A stretch of DNA of 64,000 bases from Spirochaetia bacterium (GCA_965203515.1 OZ241907.1:832001-896000), one strand, 5' to 3'. Positions 1 through 14,105 are shown, counted from the first letter of the stretch. The notes: generated by a model from the letters alone, not told the origin. Made by a program: numbers and translations.

Positions 1-768
1 GGTATCGGCGATGCCGACGATCAGGGAGCCGAGCGCGGCGCCCCGGAGGCTGCCGGGACCGCCCAGCACCACCACGATGAGGGCCAGGATCAGCACCGAC
101 ATGTCCATTCCCGGAACGATGGAGAAGACCGGAGCCGCCACCACGCCGGCGAGCCCGGCCAGCAGGCAGCCCAGGCAGAAGACCAGGAAGAAGACGCGGC
201 CCACGTCGATGCCGAGGGCCGCCACCATGGTGCGGTCGTCCACGCCCGCCCGCACCACTGCGCCGGCGCGCGTGCGCTCCAGCCCCAGGTGCAGCGCCAG
301 GAAGACCGCCGCGCCGAGGGCGATGATGAACAGGCGGTAGGTAGGGTAGACCTGCCCCAGCACGGCGCTGCGGCCGGCCAGCAGCGCCGGCACCTCGATG
401 ACGTGCGGCAGCGAGCCCCACACCATGTCGACCGTCTCGAAGCCGATGAAGATCAGGCCGAAGGTGACCAGCACCTGCCGCATCGGGTCGGCGCGCTGCA
501 GGTGGCGCAACAGGGCCAGGTAGAGCAGGCCGCCGATCACGGCGACGCCGGCGGGGGCGACCAGCAGCGCCAGCCAGAACGAGTCGAAGGCGCGGACCGC
601 GCTCAGGGCGAGGTAGGCGCCCACCATGAACAGCGTGCCGTGCGCCAGATTGATGAAGTTCATCAATCCGAACACCACCGACAGGCCGATCGACAGCAGG
701 AACAGCAGCGCCGCTAGCTGCAGGCCGTTGAGGGTCTGAACCACCAGGAATCCGGGATCGAGGAGCAC
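1..768 (-). CDS. livH: Branched-chain amino acid ABC transporter permease (LivH-like); 3' end outside window
   Basis: Manual translation from GTG at 768: VLLDPGFLVVQTLNGLQLAALLFLLSIGLSVVFGLMNFINLAHGTLFMVGAY, the typical LivH N-terminus. Not in the ORF track. Confidence 0.85.
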   Translation of the reverse strand, partial: MLLDPGFLVVQTLNGLQLAALLFLLSIGLSVVFGLMNFINLAHGTLFMVGAYLALSAVRAFDSFWLALLVAPAGVAVIGGLLYLALLRHLQRADPMRQVLVTFGLIFIGFETVDMVWGSLPHVIEVPALLAGRSAVLGQVYPTYRLFIIALGAAVFLALHLGLERTRAGAVVRAGVDDRTMVAALGIDVGRVFFLVFCLGCLLAGLAGVVAAPVFSIVPGMDMSVLILALIVVVLGGPGSLRGAALGSLIVGIADT

Positions 769-882
769 GGTTATGCCTGCTGCGCTTTGCTCGGGGCGCC
801 GTCGTGCCGATGGAAAGTGTAGGGCTCGCGTTGCGCCAGGCCGGGAACGGCTGCGCGACCGCCTGCCGGGAGGAGTTGCATC

Positions 883-2634
883 TTGCTACGTTGTCTCATT
901 ACCCGATTCGCGTCCGCCGGTCACGCGCCGCGCGCGGCGGCCGTGCTGCTGGTCGTGGCGGTGACGCTGAGCTGCGCGACGCCGCCTCCCGAAACTCCCG
1001 GTATGGACATGCGGCCGACTGCGCCCGGCGAGCTGGAAGCCCCGCGGAGCGCCGCCCGCTCGGCGCCGGAAATGACGGCCGAGTCGCCTGCTCCGCAGCC
1101 GGAGATCGCCGCGCCGGCGCTGCCCGCGTCCGAATCCGCAGACTCGACCGAAGCGAGCATGGCCCGACCGGCTTCCGAGCCGACGCCGTCGCCCGAGGAC
1201 GTGATGGCGGCGCGGATCGATGCGCGTATCGACGATCTGTTGCAGCGCATGACGATCGAACAGAAGGTCGGCCAGCGCTTCATGACCTGGATTCCCGGTA
1301 CCGCCGGCTCGGAACGGGCGGCCGCCCTCATCGAGCAGGCGCACGTCGGCGGCGTGATCCTCATCGAGCGCAACGTCGAGAGCTACGGGCAGATGCTGGA
1401 ACTGATAAGCGACCTGCAGCGCATGGCGCAGGCTTCGAGCCCGTCGGTGCCGCTGTTCATCGCCACCGACCAGGAAGGGGGGCGGGTGAGCCGCGTGCTG
1501 TTGCCGGAGATGACGCACTTTCCGGCCGCCTTCCACCAGGGCGTGCACGCCGACCCCGACTACGTCGAAGCTGCCGCCTACGTGACCGGCGTCGAGCTGC
1601 GGCGGCTCGGCGTGAACATGAACCTGGGGCCGGTTATCGACCTGTATGGCCAGCTCGACGAGACCGTGATCGGCGACCGTTCCTTCGGCGCCGACGCCGG
1701 ATTGGTCGCCGACCTTGCGCGCGCCTACGTCCACGGCGCCGATCGAGCCGGGATCATCCCGGTGGCCAAGCACTTTCCGGGCCACGGCGTGACCGCGATC
1801 AACTCGCACGAACGCCTGCCGGTGGTGCGGCTCACGCGTTCCGAACGCTCGTCGATCCTGGCGCCGTTCAGCGCCGCGATCGACGCCGGCGTCGACGTCA
1901 TCATGACCGCGCACATCCTGTACGAAGACCTCGACCCGGATCGGCCGGCCAGCGTCTCGCCGGCGATCACTACCGGCCTGTTGCGCGATCAGCTCGACTT
2001 CGACGGCGTGGTGATCACCGACGCGATCGAAATCGGGGAACCGGCGCCGCCGCTGCAGGAGCCGGACGTCGTTCGGAACAGCTTCGCGGCCGGAGCCGAC
2101 ATCATCCTGGCGGGCCGGGCGAGCGACGTACTGCCGCTGGTGCAGGAAGCGATCCGTCTGGTCCGTTCCGGATTGGAGAGCGAGGAGCGCCTGAACGAAT
2201 CGGTACGCCGCATTCTGCGGGTCAAGTTCGCCGCGGCTATCGACGTGCCGGGCCGGACCGCTGCCGCGTCCGTCCCGGCGCCGGCGCGCGAGGCCGCCGA
2301 GACGAGCGCCGGCGCTGCGGCGGTGCCGGGTGCGCCCGCTGCTCCGGCCGATCTGACCGCTACGGGGGGTAATCGCACCATCAGGCTTGCCTGGGCCGAT
2401 CCCGGCGACTCCGGCATCATCGGCTACGAGTTCCGGGTTCGCACCGACCGCGAGCGCGACTGGCGAAGGTGGAGACCGATCGCCCGCAGCACCTTCGAGA
2501 CGACCAGCCACGCGCTGGCCGGCCTGACCAACGGCGCCGTCTATCAGGTGCAGGTACGCGCCCGCAACGCCGTCGGCGCGGGTACCCCGAGCGAAGCCTC
2601 GGCGACGCCGCAGTCGGCGGCGTCGGGCTCCTGA
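883..2634 (+). CDS. GH3 beta-N-acetylhexosaminidase-like lipoprotein with C-terminal fibronectin type III domain
   Basis: Lipobox-like VTLSC, Pro/Ala linker, DQEGGRV, DRSFG, KHFPGHG and ITDAI motifs. C-terminal APADLTAT...LAW...Y...LTNGAVYQVQVRARNAVGAG is FN3-like. Start uncertain. Confidence 0.85.
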   Translation: MLRCLITRFASAGHAPRAAAVLLVVAVTLSCATPPPETPGMDMRPTAPGELEAPRSAARSAPEMTAESPAPQPEIAAPALPASESADSTEASMARPASEPTPSPEDVMAARIDARIDDLLQRMTIEQKVGQRFMTWIPGTAGSERAAALIEQAHVGGVILIERNVESYGQMLELISDLQRMAQASSPSVPLFIATDQEGGRVSRVLLPEMTHFPAAFHQGVHADPDYVEAAAYVTGVELRRLGVNMNLGPVIDLYGQLDETVIGDRSFGADAGLVADLARAYVHGADRAGIIPVAKHFPGHGVTAINSHERLPVVRLTRSERSSILAPFSAAIDAGVDVIMTAHILYEDLDPDRPASVSPAITTGLLRDQLDFDGVVITDAIEIGEPAPPLQEPDVVRNSFAAGADIILAGRASDVLPLVQEAIRLVRSGLESEERLNESVRRILRVKFAAAIDVPGRTAAASVPAPAREAAETSAGAAAVPGAPAAPADLTATGGNRTIRLAWADPGDSGIIGYEFRVRTDRERDWRRWRPIARSTFETTSHALAGLTNGAVYQVQVRARNAVGAGTPSEASATPQSAASGS

Positions 2635-2650
2635 CGGTCGCTGCGTCGGA

Positions 2651-3820
2651 TCAGAACGCGCAGCCGTTGGGCGGATCCTGCACGTCGGGGATCACGTCCC
2701 GGACCACCGCCGCCACGCTGTCTCCCTGCGCCCGCACCTCGAAGACGTAGACGTTCTGGATCACGTTGTTGGTCGACGGGTCGATACGGAACGGACCGCG
2801 CGGGCCGTCGAAGCGGGTCGCCCGCATCGCGGCGGCCAGGGATGCCTTGTCGCCGGTGTCGCCGCCGGTCGTCCTGAGCGCCTGGACGATGAGGCGGGCG
2901 CTGTCGTAGGCGGCGACCCCGAACTCGGAGGCGGCGCGGTCGTGCCGCTCCCGGAACCGCTCCTGAAAGGCGCGGTTCTCCGGCGTATCGATCGACGGCA
3001 GGTAGTTGAGGATGCCCAGAGCGCCCTCCGCGTCCCGGCCCTGCGCGTCGACGTAGAGCGCGGAGGTGAGCCAGCCGGCGCCGGCAAGCTGGATCGTACC
3101 CTTCAGCCCGAACGCGGCCCATTCCTTGACGAACTTGATCGCCGGTCCGCCGGCGAAGAAGACGTAGACCGCGTCGGGGTCGGCCGCCCTCACCTTGGCA
3201 AGGTAGGGGCCGAAGTCCTCGGTCTCTCCCAGCGGCGGGTATTCCTCGCCGACGATCGTGCCGCCGGCGGCGACGAAACCGCCCCGAAACGCCTCCATCG
3301 CCTGGTGTCCGGCCGCATAGTCGAACGCCATCAGAAACACCTTCCGGTAGCCCCGGGCCGCCATCCACGGCCCCATCTCGCGGCTGATCTGTGAGTTGGA
3401 GAAGGAGGTGCGCAGCACCCACGGGCTGCACCGCGCTCCGGTGAGATCGTCGTTGCCGGCGTTGGACACGATCAGCGGCACCTCCGCGTCGTGCACGAAG
3501 TCGCGCACGGCGGCGGCGACCGCGGAAGAGATGATGCCGACCAGGACGTCCACCCGGTCTCTCAGGACCAGCCGTTTGGTCTGCCCCAAGCCGATACCGG
3601 GCTTCGATTCCGTGTCGGCGTAGATCAGCTCGATGGGGCGTCCGGCCACCTCGCGGCCGAAATCGTCGAAGCCGAGCTCCAGGCCGAGCGCCTGGTCGTT
3701 GCCGAGTCCGGCGTAGACGCCCGACGAGGGCAACAACACGCCGACCTTGATCGGCTCGGCGGCAGCGGCGGCGCACAGCAGGAGGGACGCCGCGGCGAGA
3801 GTTCCGGTCGCGCTCTGCAT
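2651..3820 (-). CDS. ABC transporter substrate-binding protein, LivJ/LivK-like family
   Basis: Signal peptide, IKVGVLLPSSGVYAGLG, GRPIELIYADTE, DYAAG, GPRGPFRID. Confidence 0.9.
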   Translation of the reverse strand: MQSATGTLAAASLLLCAAAAAEPIKVGVLLPSSGVYAGLGNDQALGLELGFDDFGREVAGRPIELIYADTESKPGIGLGQTKRLVLRDRVDVLVGIISSAVAAAVRDFVHDAEVPLIVSNAGNDDLTGARCSPWVLRTSFSNSQISREMGPWMAARGYRKVFLMAFDYAAGHQAMEAFRGGFVAAGGTIVGEEYPPLGETEDFGPYLAKVRAADPDAVYVFFAGGPAIKFVKEWAAFGLKGTIQLAGAGWLTSALYVDAQGRDAEGALGILNYLPSIDTPENRAFQERFRERHDRAASEFGVAAYDSARLIVQALRTTGGDTGDKASLAAAMRATRFDGPRGPFRIDPSTNNVIQNVYVFEVRAQGDSVAAVVRDVIPDVQDPPNGCAF

Positions 3821-3912
3821 GGACGCATCCTACCCGAGTTGGCCGGCGGTTCGGGGGCAGGCTATCCTGCGGGGGCCGTGCGCGTCCGGGAATCTCACCC
3901 CGCGGGAGCCGC

Positions 3913-6900
3913 GTGATGCCGGAAGAACCGGTAGTCGCCGGCATCGGCGGGTGTCTGACGGCGCCGCTGACCGCGGCCGGCATCGACCAGACGGCGGCGC
4001 GGCAGGCGGTGGGCCGCGCGTTCGCCGAGCAGCGCGCGTTTCCCTTCCTGCCGCGTCCTGACTGGAGCGCTGCGGGCCGGGAGCGGCGCGCCGAGATGAC
4101 CGCCGCGGTCCGTGCCGACGCGGTGGCGGCCGCGACCCGGAGCCCGACCACGGCCGATCGCCTGCACCGCGATGCGCGGCTGATGGAGCGCCTGGACGCC
4201 GCCGTCCGCCTCACGCACGAAGCGATCGCGGCGACCGGCGGCGATGCCGGTCGATCCCTGCAACGGCGTCGGTTCGTGTTGATTCGCGAAGCGCCGGGGG
4301 CGACCTGCCTCTACGAAGAGGAGGAACGGGGCGTCGTCGCGCGTGTGGGGCAGGGACCGCTCGAGCTCCGCCAGCCGACGATCTACCTCGGGCTCCGCCT
4401 GTTCGACCTGCTCGCCGCCGAGCAGATCGATCGCGGCGGCGCGCTGCCGCCGGAGCTGGTGCTCATCCTGTTCCTGGAGGAGCGGGCGATCGAGACCGGC
4501 TACTCCCACGTGGTATCGCTGGACGCGTCGAGCCGCGAGCGGCTGGAGCGCCTGTTCGGCGTTCTGCGCCGTCCGGCCGCCGGCCTGATCCCGGCCGGTT
4601 CCGATCCGGGACCGCAGCGGCGCCCGATGCGCTTTGGGCGGGCGCAGCGGCAGGCGGCCTTGCGCCGGTTGAACGCGCGGCGCGCCGATTCCCCGCTCGA
4701 TTTCGACGTCGCGGTCTGCGTGTCGGCCATGCGCAGTCTGGAGCGCGTCGCCCGGCGCGCGAAGGCGCACGGCAGCGAAGCGGTCCGCCGTGAGGTGATG
4801 CGGGTGCTGGTGGCCGCCTCCGGCCACGACCTGGACGAAGTACGCAGCCACGCCAACCTGCTGCTGGAGCGGATGCTCGCTCCCAAGGAGTTCGCCGCGC
4901 CGTTGGCGCGCACGTTCGTGAACGTGCCGCGCGGCGCGACGCATCGCTTCAGCTTCGACCTTCCGCGCGGCCGCAGCCGGCACCGGTTGCGCATCTACCG
5001 CAGCCGCGGCCACCACCGGTTTCCGAGCGAAGCGGACCTGGACTACGTCGATATCGAGCTGGCCCGCACGGCGCCCGGCGCGGCCCTGACCGCCGCCTAC
5101 CGGTTCGACGATCTGGGCCACTACGACTACTGCGTAGCGCGGGAGTACCGCAACGGCCGCCGCGAATGGGTGCCGGATGCCGACTGCAGCGGACGCATCA
5201 ACGTGATCCCCGACCTGCGCGGCGAGCTGGTGCTGCAGATATTTCCCGACATTCACGGACATACCCGCGCCTACTGGACCGACGGCGAGCACCCCGGCCT
5301 GGTCTACAACGAGCATGGTCAGGTCATCCGGCTGGGCACGTTCGCGGATATCGCCGCCCATCTGCCGCAGATCAAGCGGAGCTATGGATTCACCGCCATC
5401 TACGTCCTGGGAGCGCAGAAGCGCGGCGGCAACCGGGAGGACTGGACGCGCCACGCCACCTCACCTTCGCCGTTCGCGCCGGAGAGCCTGGTCGAGATGG
5501 AACCGTCGCTCGGCGGCAACGACGGCCTGCGCGCCCTGGTCGCCGCCGCTCACGATCTGGAGATGAAGGTCCTGGTCGACGTGATCCCGCATCTCAATCG
5601 GCGGGTGCATGACCTGGCGGAAACGGAGCTCGTGCGCTGCTTCGACGAAGCGGGCGTCCTGGTCCCGCGCGCCAGCACCGACGGCCGCTACGGGAGCTGG
5701 AACGACGGCGTGCTGCTCAACTACCGGCGGCTGTCGGTCTGGGAGTGGCTGGCCGATTCGGTGCGGAGCCTGATCGAGCGCTTCGACGTGGACGGCGTGC
5801 GCTGCGACATCGCGCACGCGCTGCCGATCATGATGAAGCGCGACAACACCCCGGTGCTGCCTTCCGGCCCCCGTTCGGACGAAGAGCAGGTCGAGGGCAC
5901 CATCGTGGTCAACGACCGGGTCGACGACCACTACGTGACCACCGGGTTCTTCGATTCGGCATGCCGCGACCTGATCTGCAGTCCGATGCACTACCTGCTG
6001 ATGCGTGAGATGGAGCGGGCCGCGCATGCCGTTGGCAAGGAATTCTACCTCCACCTCGCAGAAGCCTACTGGGGCCGCGAGCAGTATCTCAGCCGGCTCG
6101 GCATAGTCCCGTACAACTCGTCGTTGTTCAAGATCTTCGAGCGGGTGGCGCAGGGCGCCTCCACGGTCGGCGAGATATACCATCTGTACGAGCGGCACTA
6201 CCGGGGCGCGCTGCCGCCCGGCACGGAGCTGATCGGGATGTTCGGCAATCACGACGAACGCCGGCCGGTCGATACCTTCGGACGCGCCAATCTGCGCCCC
6301 GTGCTCACGTTGACCTCGTTCCTGGGCAACGTGGTGATGGATTTCGAGGGGAACGCCGAGGGCGAGGCGTGGAAGATCTTTCCGGACAACATCTACGTCG
6401 ATTGGAACCGGTTCGACAGCGCCGCGGACCGGAGCGTGGAGCGCATCTTCCGCGACGTGTACGACTTTCACCGCCGCAATCCCGGCCGCGGCACGCTGGT
6501 GCCCACCGACCACCGGCAGGTGGCGGCGGCGATCAAGCCGGCGCCGCAGGGCTTCTGGCTGGCGGTCTGCAGCTTCGCCGCCGACAGCGCCACGGTGAGC
6601 GTCGACATGCGCTCGGCCGCCGGCTCGATCGATCCGGCGGCCCGCTACGTGGTAGTCGATCCCACCTATTCGCCGGTCACCGATCGCTACGCCCATTACA
6701 CCGGCGAGGAGCTGGCCGCCTCGATGCTCACCACGTCGGTGAGCTACACACAGCGGGTGAAGCTGCTGCGCATCGACCGCATCGCCGACGAAGGAGCCGG
6801 CGCGGAAGGTCCCGATTATGCGCGGTTCCTGCGCGATTCTTTCGACCGCCTGGGGGCGTCTTCACGCGAGCGGCTGGCCGCCTCGTTCGCGTATCGGGAG

Positions 6901-8790
6901 GTGGTCGGCGCCGCGGCCGGCCCCGGCGGGCTGGCCCGTTTCCTGGACGAGCAGCTGCTGCCGCTCTACGAAGCCGCCGAGCACGACGCGGTCGCCGCCG
7001 GACTGAAGCGGGTTCTGTATCACGCGCACCGGGAAGGCAGAACAGGGCGCGACGCCGGCATCGGCCGGCTGCGCGCGGCCGCGCTCGACGCCCCGCGGAG
7101 CGACCGTTCGCCGGGCGATCGACTGCTGGCCCAGGTGCTGGAGCGGATGCGCGGCCGCGCGGTGGTGTTCGTGTCCGCGGAGGCGGAGCCGTTCTCCAAG
7201 AGCGGCGGCCTTGCCAACGTCACCTGCGAGCTGCCGCGCGAGCTGGCCCGGTTGGGGGAACGCCTGTACGTCATCACGCCGCTGTACCGCGCCGGCGACC
7301 CGCGCTCGGTCGCCAAGATGCGGGACGCGATCGAGCGCTACGGCATCACCTACACCGGCGTCAACGTCCAGTTCCAGATCGGCGGCGCGCAGTACGAGGC
7401 CGGCGTGCACGGCGGCGTGGTCGACGGCGTGACCTACTACCTGCTCGACCATCACGAGCTGTTCGACGGGCTGTACTGGGGCTATCGCTCCAACGAGCGG
7501 ATCCGCCGACGCCTGGGCTTGGCGCGCGCTGCCGCGGAGGTGATCGCCCGCTTCCGCCTGGAGCCGCTGGCGGTCGCGACCAACGACGCCGCAGCCGGAC
7601 TGCTCAGCGGCGTCGTGCGCGCCGACCCGCACTACGCCGGCGTCTTTGCGCGGACCAGCTTCGTGCACGTCATCCACAACGGCGGCTGGCAGTACTTCGA
7701 CTGCTACGGCCGCTACGAGGGCGGCGCCGATCTGTTCGGCCTCTTCAACCTGCCCGGCCACCACGCCGCGCAGTTCACCGACCCGCACGACGAGCGCCTG
7801 TTCAACCTGATGGCGGCCGGCATCCGCTTCGCGGATCGAGTCTTTACCGTGAGCCCCACCTACGCGCACCAGATCGAGCAGAACTGCGACGGTCTGGAGC
7901 CGCTGCTGCACGACGTGGTCGGGATCAACAACGGCATCGCGCGCGGATTCAGACGCGGCGTCCTGCAGCGGCTGCGCCGTTCCGGGTTGGTCGAGCAGCG
8001 GTCCCCGCGGCTGCGCGCGCGCATCGCGGAGGACCCGCTGCTGCGCGCCAAGCTCGAACGGCGCTTCCCGGAGCTGCTCGCGGCGGATACGCAGGCGGTC
8101 CGGTTTGCCAGCCAGGGCCGCCGTGACGAGGTCACCCGCATGCGCACCAAGCTGTTGGCGCAGATCGAATACGGCCTGACCGTGGACCCGGATCAGGTGC
8201 TCTACGTGATGATCCATCGGATCAGCGACCAGAAGGGGTTTCAGATCGTGTTGGAGGCTTCCGAGGGCATCTTTCGCACCCTCGGAGTCCAGGCGATCCT
8301 GGGCGGGCCGATTGCGCCCAACGACCACCGCGCCGAGGAGCTCGCGGCCGGGATGCACGCCCTGATGGAGTACTACCCGGGGGCGGTCGCCGCCCGCATC
8401 GGCTATCAGGAGATCAGCCTGCCGCTGCTGGCTGCCGACGCCTTTCTGATGCCTTCGCAGTTCGAGCCGGGCGGCATTTCGCAGTTGGAGGCGATGAGCT
8501 GCGGCTGCCTGGTGGTCGCGCACGCCACGGGCGGCCTGCGCGACACGGTGCCGCCGCTCCAGCTCCGCGGCTCGTCCGTGAGCGGCTGCGGCGTGCTGTT
8601 CGGCGACTACCGGCCGGACGCATTCCTGGACGCCATGGCGCGCTGCACCTGGTTCCTGCGCCACGCCACGGCCGACCAGATCCGGCGCGCGCGCGGTAAC
8701 GCACGGCGCAGCATCGTGTACTGGGACAGCGCCGCGCGGCGCTACCAGGAGGAGCTGCACGCGCTGCAGGAGACGATTCCGGCGGCCGAC

Positions 8791-8799
<9 letters not shown>
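3913..8799 (+). CDS. GH13 alpha-amylase-family domain fused to GT5 glycogen/starch synthase (1628 aa)
   Basis: GH13 regions VDVIPH, GVRCDIAH, LAEAYW and GNHDE. GT5 motifs AEAEPFSKSGGLANV and MPSQFEPGGISQLEAM...ATGGLRDTV. Confidence 0.9.
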
Positions 8800-10842
<2,043 letters not shown>

Positions 10843-10958
10843 CGTAGCCCAATGGGTAGCACCAGCCGGGGCAGGGACGCCAGACCGGTTGACGGCGCGC
10901 CGGATTCCAGGCTCTACTGCGGGTGGGCGCCGGCAACGGCGCGCCGCAGGTCACCAGG

Positions 10959-13523
10959 ATGGCACGTCGACTCACCTTCACCGTAAAGCCCCACCTTCCG
11001 GAGCGTCTGGCGCCCCTGGCCGAGCTGGCCCACGACTTCTGGATCACCTGGCACTTCGACGCCATTCGCCTGTTCATGCGGTTCGGCAATGAGGCGTGGC
11101 AGCAGGCGCAGCAGAGCCCCCTGCGGCTGCTCAGTCAGGTGCCGCAGGAGCGGCTCCTGGAGTTGGAGCGGGACAAGGCGTTCCTGGCGCACATGGACCG
11201 CGTCATCGCCGATTACCATGACTATCTGAACGCGGAGCCGTGGTACGGCGGTCCCCGCGACGCGATGGTCGCCTATTTCTCCCTGGAGTTCGGACTCGAC
11301 ACCACGCTGCCGATCTACTCCGGCGGTCTTGGCGTGCTGGCGGGCGACCACCTGAAGAGTTGCTCCGACCTGGGGCTGCCGGTCGTGGCCGTCGGACTGC
11401 TGTATCGCACCGGGTACTTCCGCCAGCGCGTCACCATGGACGGCCATCAGCTCGAAAGCTATCCGGCCAACGACTTCTACAACATGCCGCTCACCCGGTG
11501 CACGTCCGACGACGGCGCTCCCGTGACCGTCGCCGTGGAGCTGGGCGCGGAGACGGCGCACGCGTGCATATGGCGCACGCGCGTCGGGCGGGTGACGCTC
11601 TATCTGCTCGACACCGACATCGACGCCAACGATCCGTCGATGCGCCACGTCGCCGGTCAACTGTACGCTTCCGATCGCCGCATGCGCCTCCGGCAGGAGC
11701 TGCTGCTGGGCATCGGCGGCATACGGGCGTTGCGGGCGCTGGACGTCCCGGTGGCGGTCACCCACATGAACGAGGGCCATTCGGCGTTCCTGGCCCTGGA
11801 GCGGGTGCGCGCCCTGATGCACGATCATGGTCTGAGCTACGCGGCGGCGCGGCAGGCGGTGTGGAGCACGACCGTGTTCACGACCCACACGCCGGTTCCG
11901 GCCGGAAACGAGACCTTCGACGACCATCTGGTGCTCGATCAGGCGGGCGCGCTGCGCTCGGCGCTCGGGCTCGACGAGCATGCGTTTCTGGCGTTGGGCC
12001 GGATCGGGGACGGCAGCGACGCGTACGGGCAGTTCGGGCTCACGCCGCTGGCGCTGCGTCTGGCCGCGCACTGCAACGGCGTCAGCCGGCTGCACGGCCG
12101 CGTCTCGCGGCGCATGTGGCGCGGCCTGTGGCCGGGCGTGCCGGCCGACGAGGTGCCGATTCGGCACATCACCAACGGCGTGCATCTGCGGAGCTGGATC
12201 TCCCATGACATCCAGGAGTTGTTGGTGCGCTACCTGGGGCCGGCGGTGGCCAAGCACGCGCCGGAGGTGTCGGTGTGGCGGCAGGTCGACAATATCGCCG
12301 ACGAGGAACTGTGGCGGACCCACGAACGGCGCCGGGAACGGATGATCTGGTTCGCCCGCCGGCGCATCGTGTCGCAGATGCGGCGCGAGGGGGCGGCGGA
12401 GGCCGATGTTCGGGCCGCCGAGGTGGCATTGCGTCCGGATGCCCTCACCATCGGCTTCGCGCGCCGCTTCGCCGGCTACAAGCGCTCCAGTCTGCTGTTC
12501 CGGCGGCCGGAGCGTCTGGTGCGCATGTTGCAGAGCCGCGAGCAGCCGGTACAGATCATCTTCTCCGGCAAGTCCCACCCCAACGACCAGCACGGCAAGG
12601 ACCTGATCCGGAGCATCGTGCAGTTCGCGACCGAGCACGACCTGCGGAGCCGGCTGGTGTTCCTGGACGACTACGACATCGGGGTGGCGCGCTATCTGGT
12701 CGCCGGCTGCGACGTGTGGCTCAACCTTCCACGCCGCCCGCAGGAGGCGAGCGGTACCAGCGGCATGAAGGCGTCGGTCAACGGATCGCTGATGGTATCG
12801 ACCCTGGACGGCTGGTGGGACGAGGCGTACAGCCCGGACCTCGGCTGGTCGGTGGGGTCGGGCGAGACCTATCGCGACGAGGAGATCCAGGACGAGCTGG
12901 AGGCCGACGCGGTCTTCACCGAGCTGGAGCAGATGGTCGTTCCGATGTTCTACGACCGCGGCATCGACGGCCTGCCGCGGGCGTGGATCGCCAAGATGCG
13001 GCACTCGATGACGGTGATAGGCGAGCACTTCAGCGCCCAGCGTATGGTCGCCGAGTATCACGACGCCTTCTACGAGCCGGCCCTGGCGCACGCGCGCCGG
13101 CTGCGCGACAGCGGCTACCGGGACGCCGCCGATCTGGCCCACCATCTGCAACGGCTGGAACATCACTGGCCGGGGATCGCCGTCGAGCAGCTCGACAGCG
13201 TCAATCCGCCGACCCTGGAGGTCGGCGACCGGCTCGAGGTCACCGCGCGGGTGCGGCTTGGCGAACTCGACCCGTCCGACGTCCGGGTCGCGCTCTATCA
13301 CGGCACGCTGGCCGGGAGCCTCGATCCGCAACCGGGCGACGACGAGATCGTCGACGGGCAGAGCACGCCGATGGAGCTGGTCGAACGCCACGGGGAGTCG
13401 GCGACCTACCGGGCAGAGACCGTGTGCCGCCAGACGGGGCGGGTAGGGGTGACGGTACGGGTCATGCCCGACCACCCCGGCCTGCCCCATCTCTTCGTGC
13501 CGGGCCTGTTCCTGCAGGGATAG
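10959..13523 (+). CDS. glgP: Alpha-glucan (glycogen) phosphorylase
   Basis: YFSLEFG, YSGGLGVLAGDHLKS, HMNEGH, FARRFAGYKR, EASGTSGMKA. Start placed at ATG 10959. Confidence 0.95.
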   Translation: MARRLTFTVKPHLPERLAPLAELAHDFWITWHFDAIRLFMRFGNEAWQQAQQSPLRLLSQVPQERLLELERDKAFLAHMDRVIADYHDYLNAEPWYGGPRDAMVAYFSLEFGLDTTLPIYSGGLGVLAGDHLKSCSDLGLPVVAVGLLYRTGYFRQRVTMDGHQLESYPANDFYNMPLTRCTSDDGAPVTVAVELGAETAHACIWRTRVGRVTLYLLDTDIDANDPSMRHVAGQLYASDRRMRLRQELLLGIGGIRALRALDVPVAVTHMNEGHSAFLALERVRALMHDHGLSYAAARQAVWSTTVFTTHTPVPAGNETFDDHLVLDQAGALRSALGLDEHAFLALGRIGDGSDAYGQFGLTPLALRLAAHCNGVSRLHGRVSRRMWRGLWPGVPADEVPIRHITNGVHLRSWISHDIQELLVRYLGPAVAKHAPEVSVWRQVDNIADEELWRTHERRRERMIWFARRRIVSQMRREGAAEADVRAAEVALRPDALTIGFARRFAGYKRSSLLFRRPERLVRMLQSREQPVQIIFSGKSHPNDQHGKDLIRSIVQFATEHDLRSRLVFLDDYDIGVARYLVAGCDVWLNLPRRPQEASGTSGMKASVNGSLMVSTLDGWWDEAYSPDLGWSVGSGETYRDEEIQDELEADAVFTELEQMVVPMFYDRGIDGLPRAWIAKMRHSMTVIGEHFSAQRMVAEYHDAFYEPALAHARRLRDSGYRDAADLAHHLQRLEHHWPGIAVEQLDSVNPPTLEVGDRLEVTARVRLGELDPSDVRVALYHGTLAGSLDPQPGDDEIVDGQSTPMELVERHGESATYRAETVCRQTGRVGVTVRVMPDHPGLPHLFVPGLFLQG

Positions 13524-13527
13524 GGAT

Positions 13528-13549
13528 CGCGGCCGGACGAGCGGCCGCG
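13528..13549. terminator. GC hairpin between convergent glgP and alpha-E genes
   Basis: cgcggccg-gacgag-cggccgcg, 8-bp stem, no U-tract. Confidence 0.3.
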
Positions 13550-13556
13550 CTGCGGA

Positions 13557-14063
13557 CTACTGCTGCTGTTGCTGTACGAAGCGGCGGTAGACCTCTTCCT
13601 CCGAGAGCGCGTCGGAGTGGAACCAGGCTTCCTCGATCGCGGCGTGCAGCTCGTCGAGGGTTCCCAGGACGCTCCGCATCAGCGCTGCCACGTCGGCCGG
13701 CGGCGACGCCGGATCGTGCCGGTTCAGCGTTTCGACGGCGGCGCCGACGATGCGGATCACCTCGACCGGCGCCACGTGGGTAGCGTTGTAGCGGGCCGCT
13801 TCCAGGCAGCCGCGCAGGGACGCGCCGCTGTCGCGGGTCAGCAGCGCCTCCAGCGCCGAGTCGTCCGCTGCTACCGAGATGCCGCGGATGTCGGCCGCGA
13901 TGCCGAGCACGTCCTCATCGGCCGCCTCGTGCTCGGCCGCCCACAGCAGCACGCGGGTGACGTTTTGCGCGCGTTCGATCCAGCGTCCCAGCCAGATCAG
14001 GTTGTAGACCCGGGAGTCGGTCAGCCAGCGGTCGGTTCCCGGTGAGATCGTCCTGGCATCCAT
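13557..14063 (-). CDS. Alpha-E domain protein (DUF403-like), short form with poly-Gln tail
   Basis: NLIWLGRWIERAQNVTRVL and SLRGCLEAARYNA match the alpha-E ER motif pattern. Ends in VQQQQQ. Confidence 0.8.
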   Translation of the reverse strand: MDARTISPGTDRWLTDSRVYNLIWLGRWIERAQNVTRVLLWAAEHEAADEDVLGIAADIRGISVAADDSALEALLTRDSGASLRGCLEAARYNATHVAPVEVIRIVGAAVETLNRHDPASPPADVAALMRSVLGTLDELHAAIEEAWFHSDALSEEEVYRRFVQQQQQ

Positions 14064-14105
14064 GGCGTGGTTCCTTTCCTTTCGTCGTCGAAGCGTCGGC
14101 GGCTC

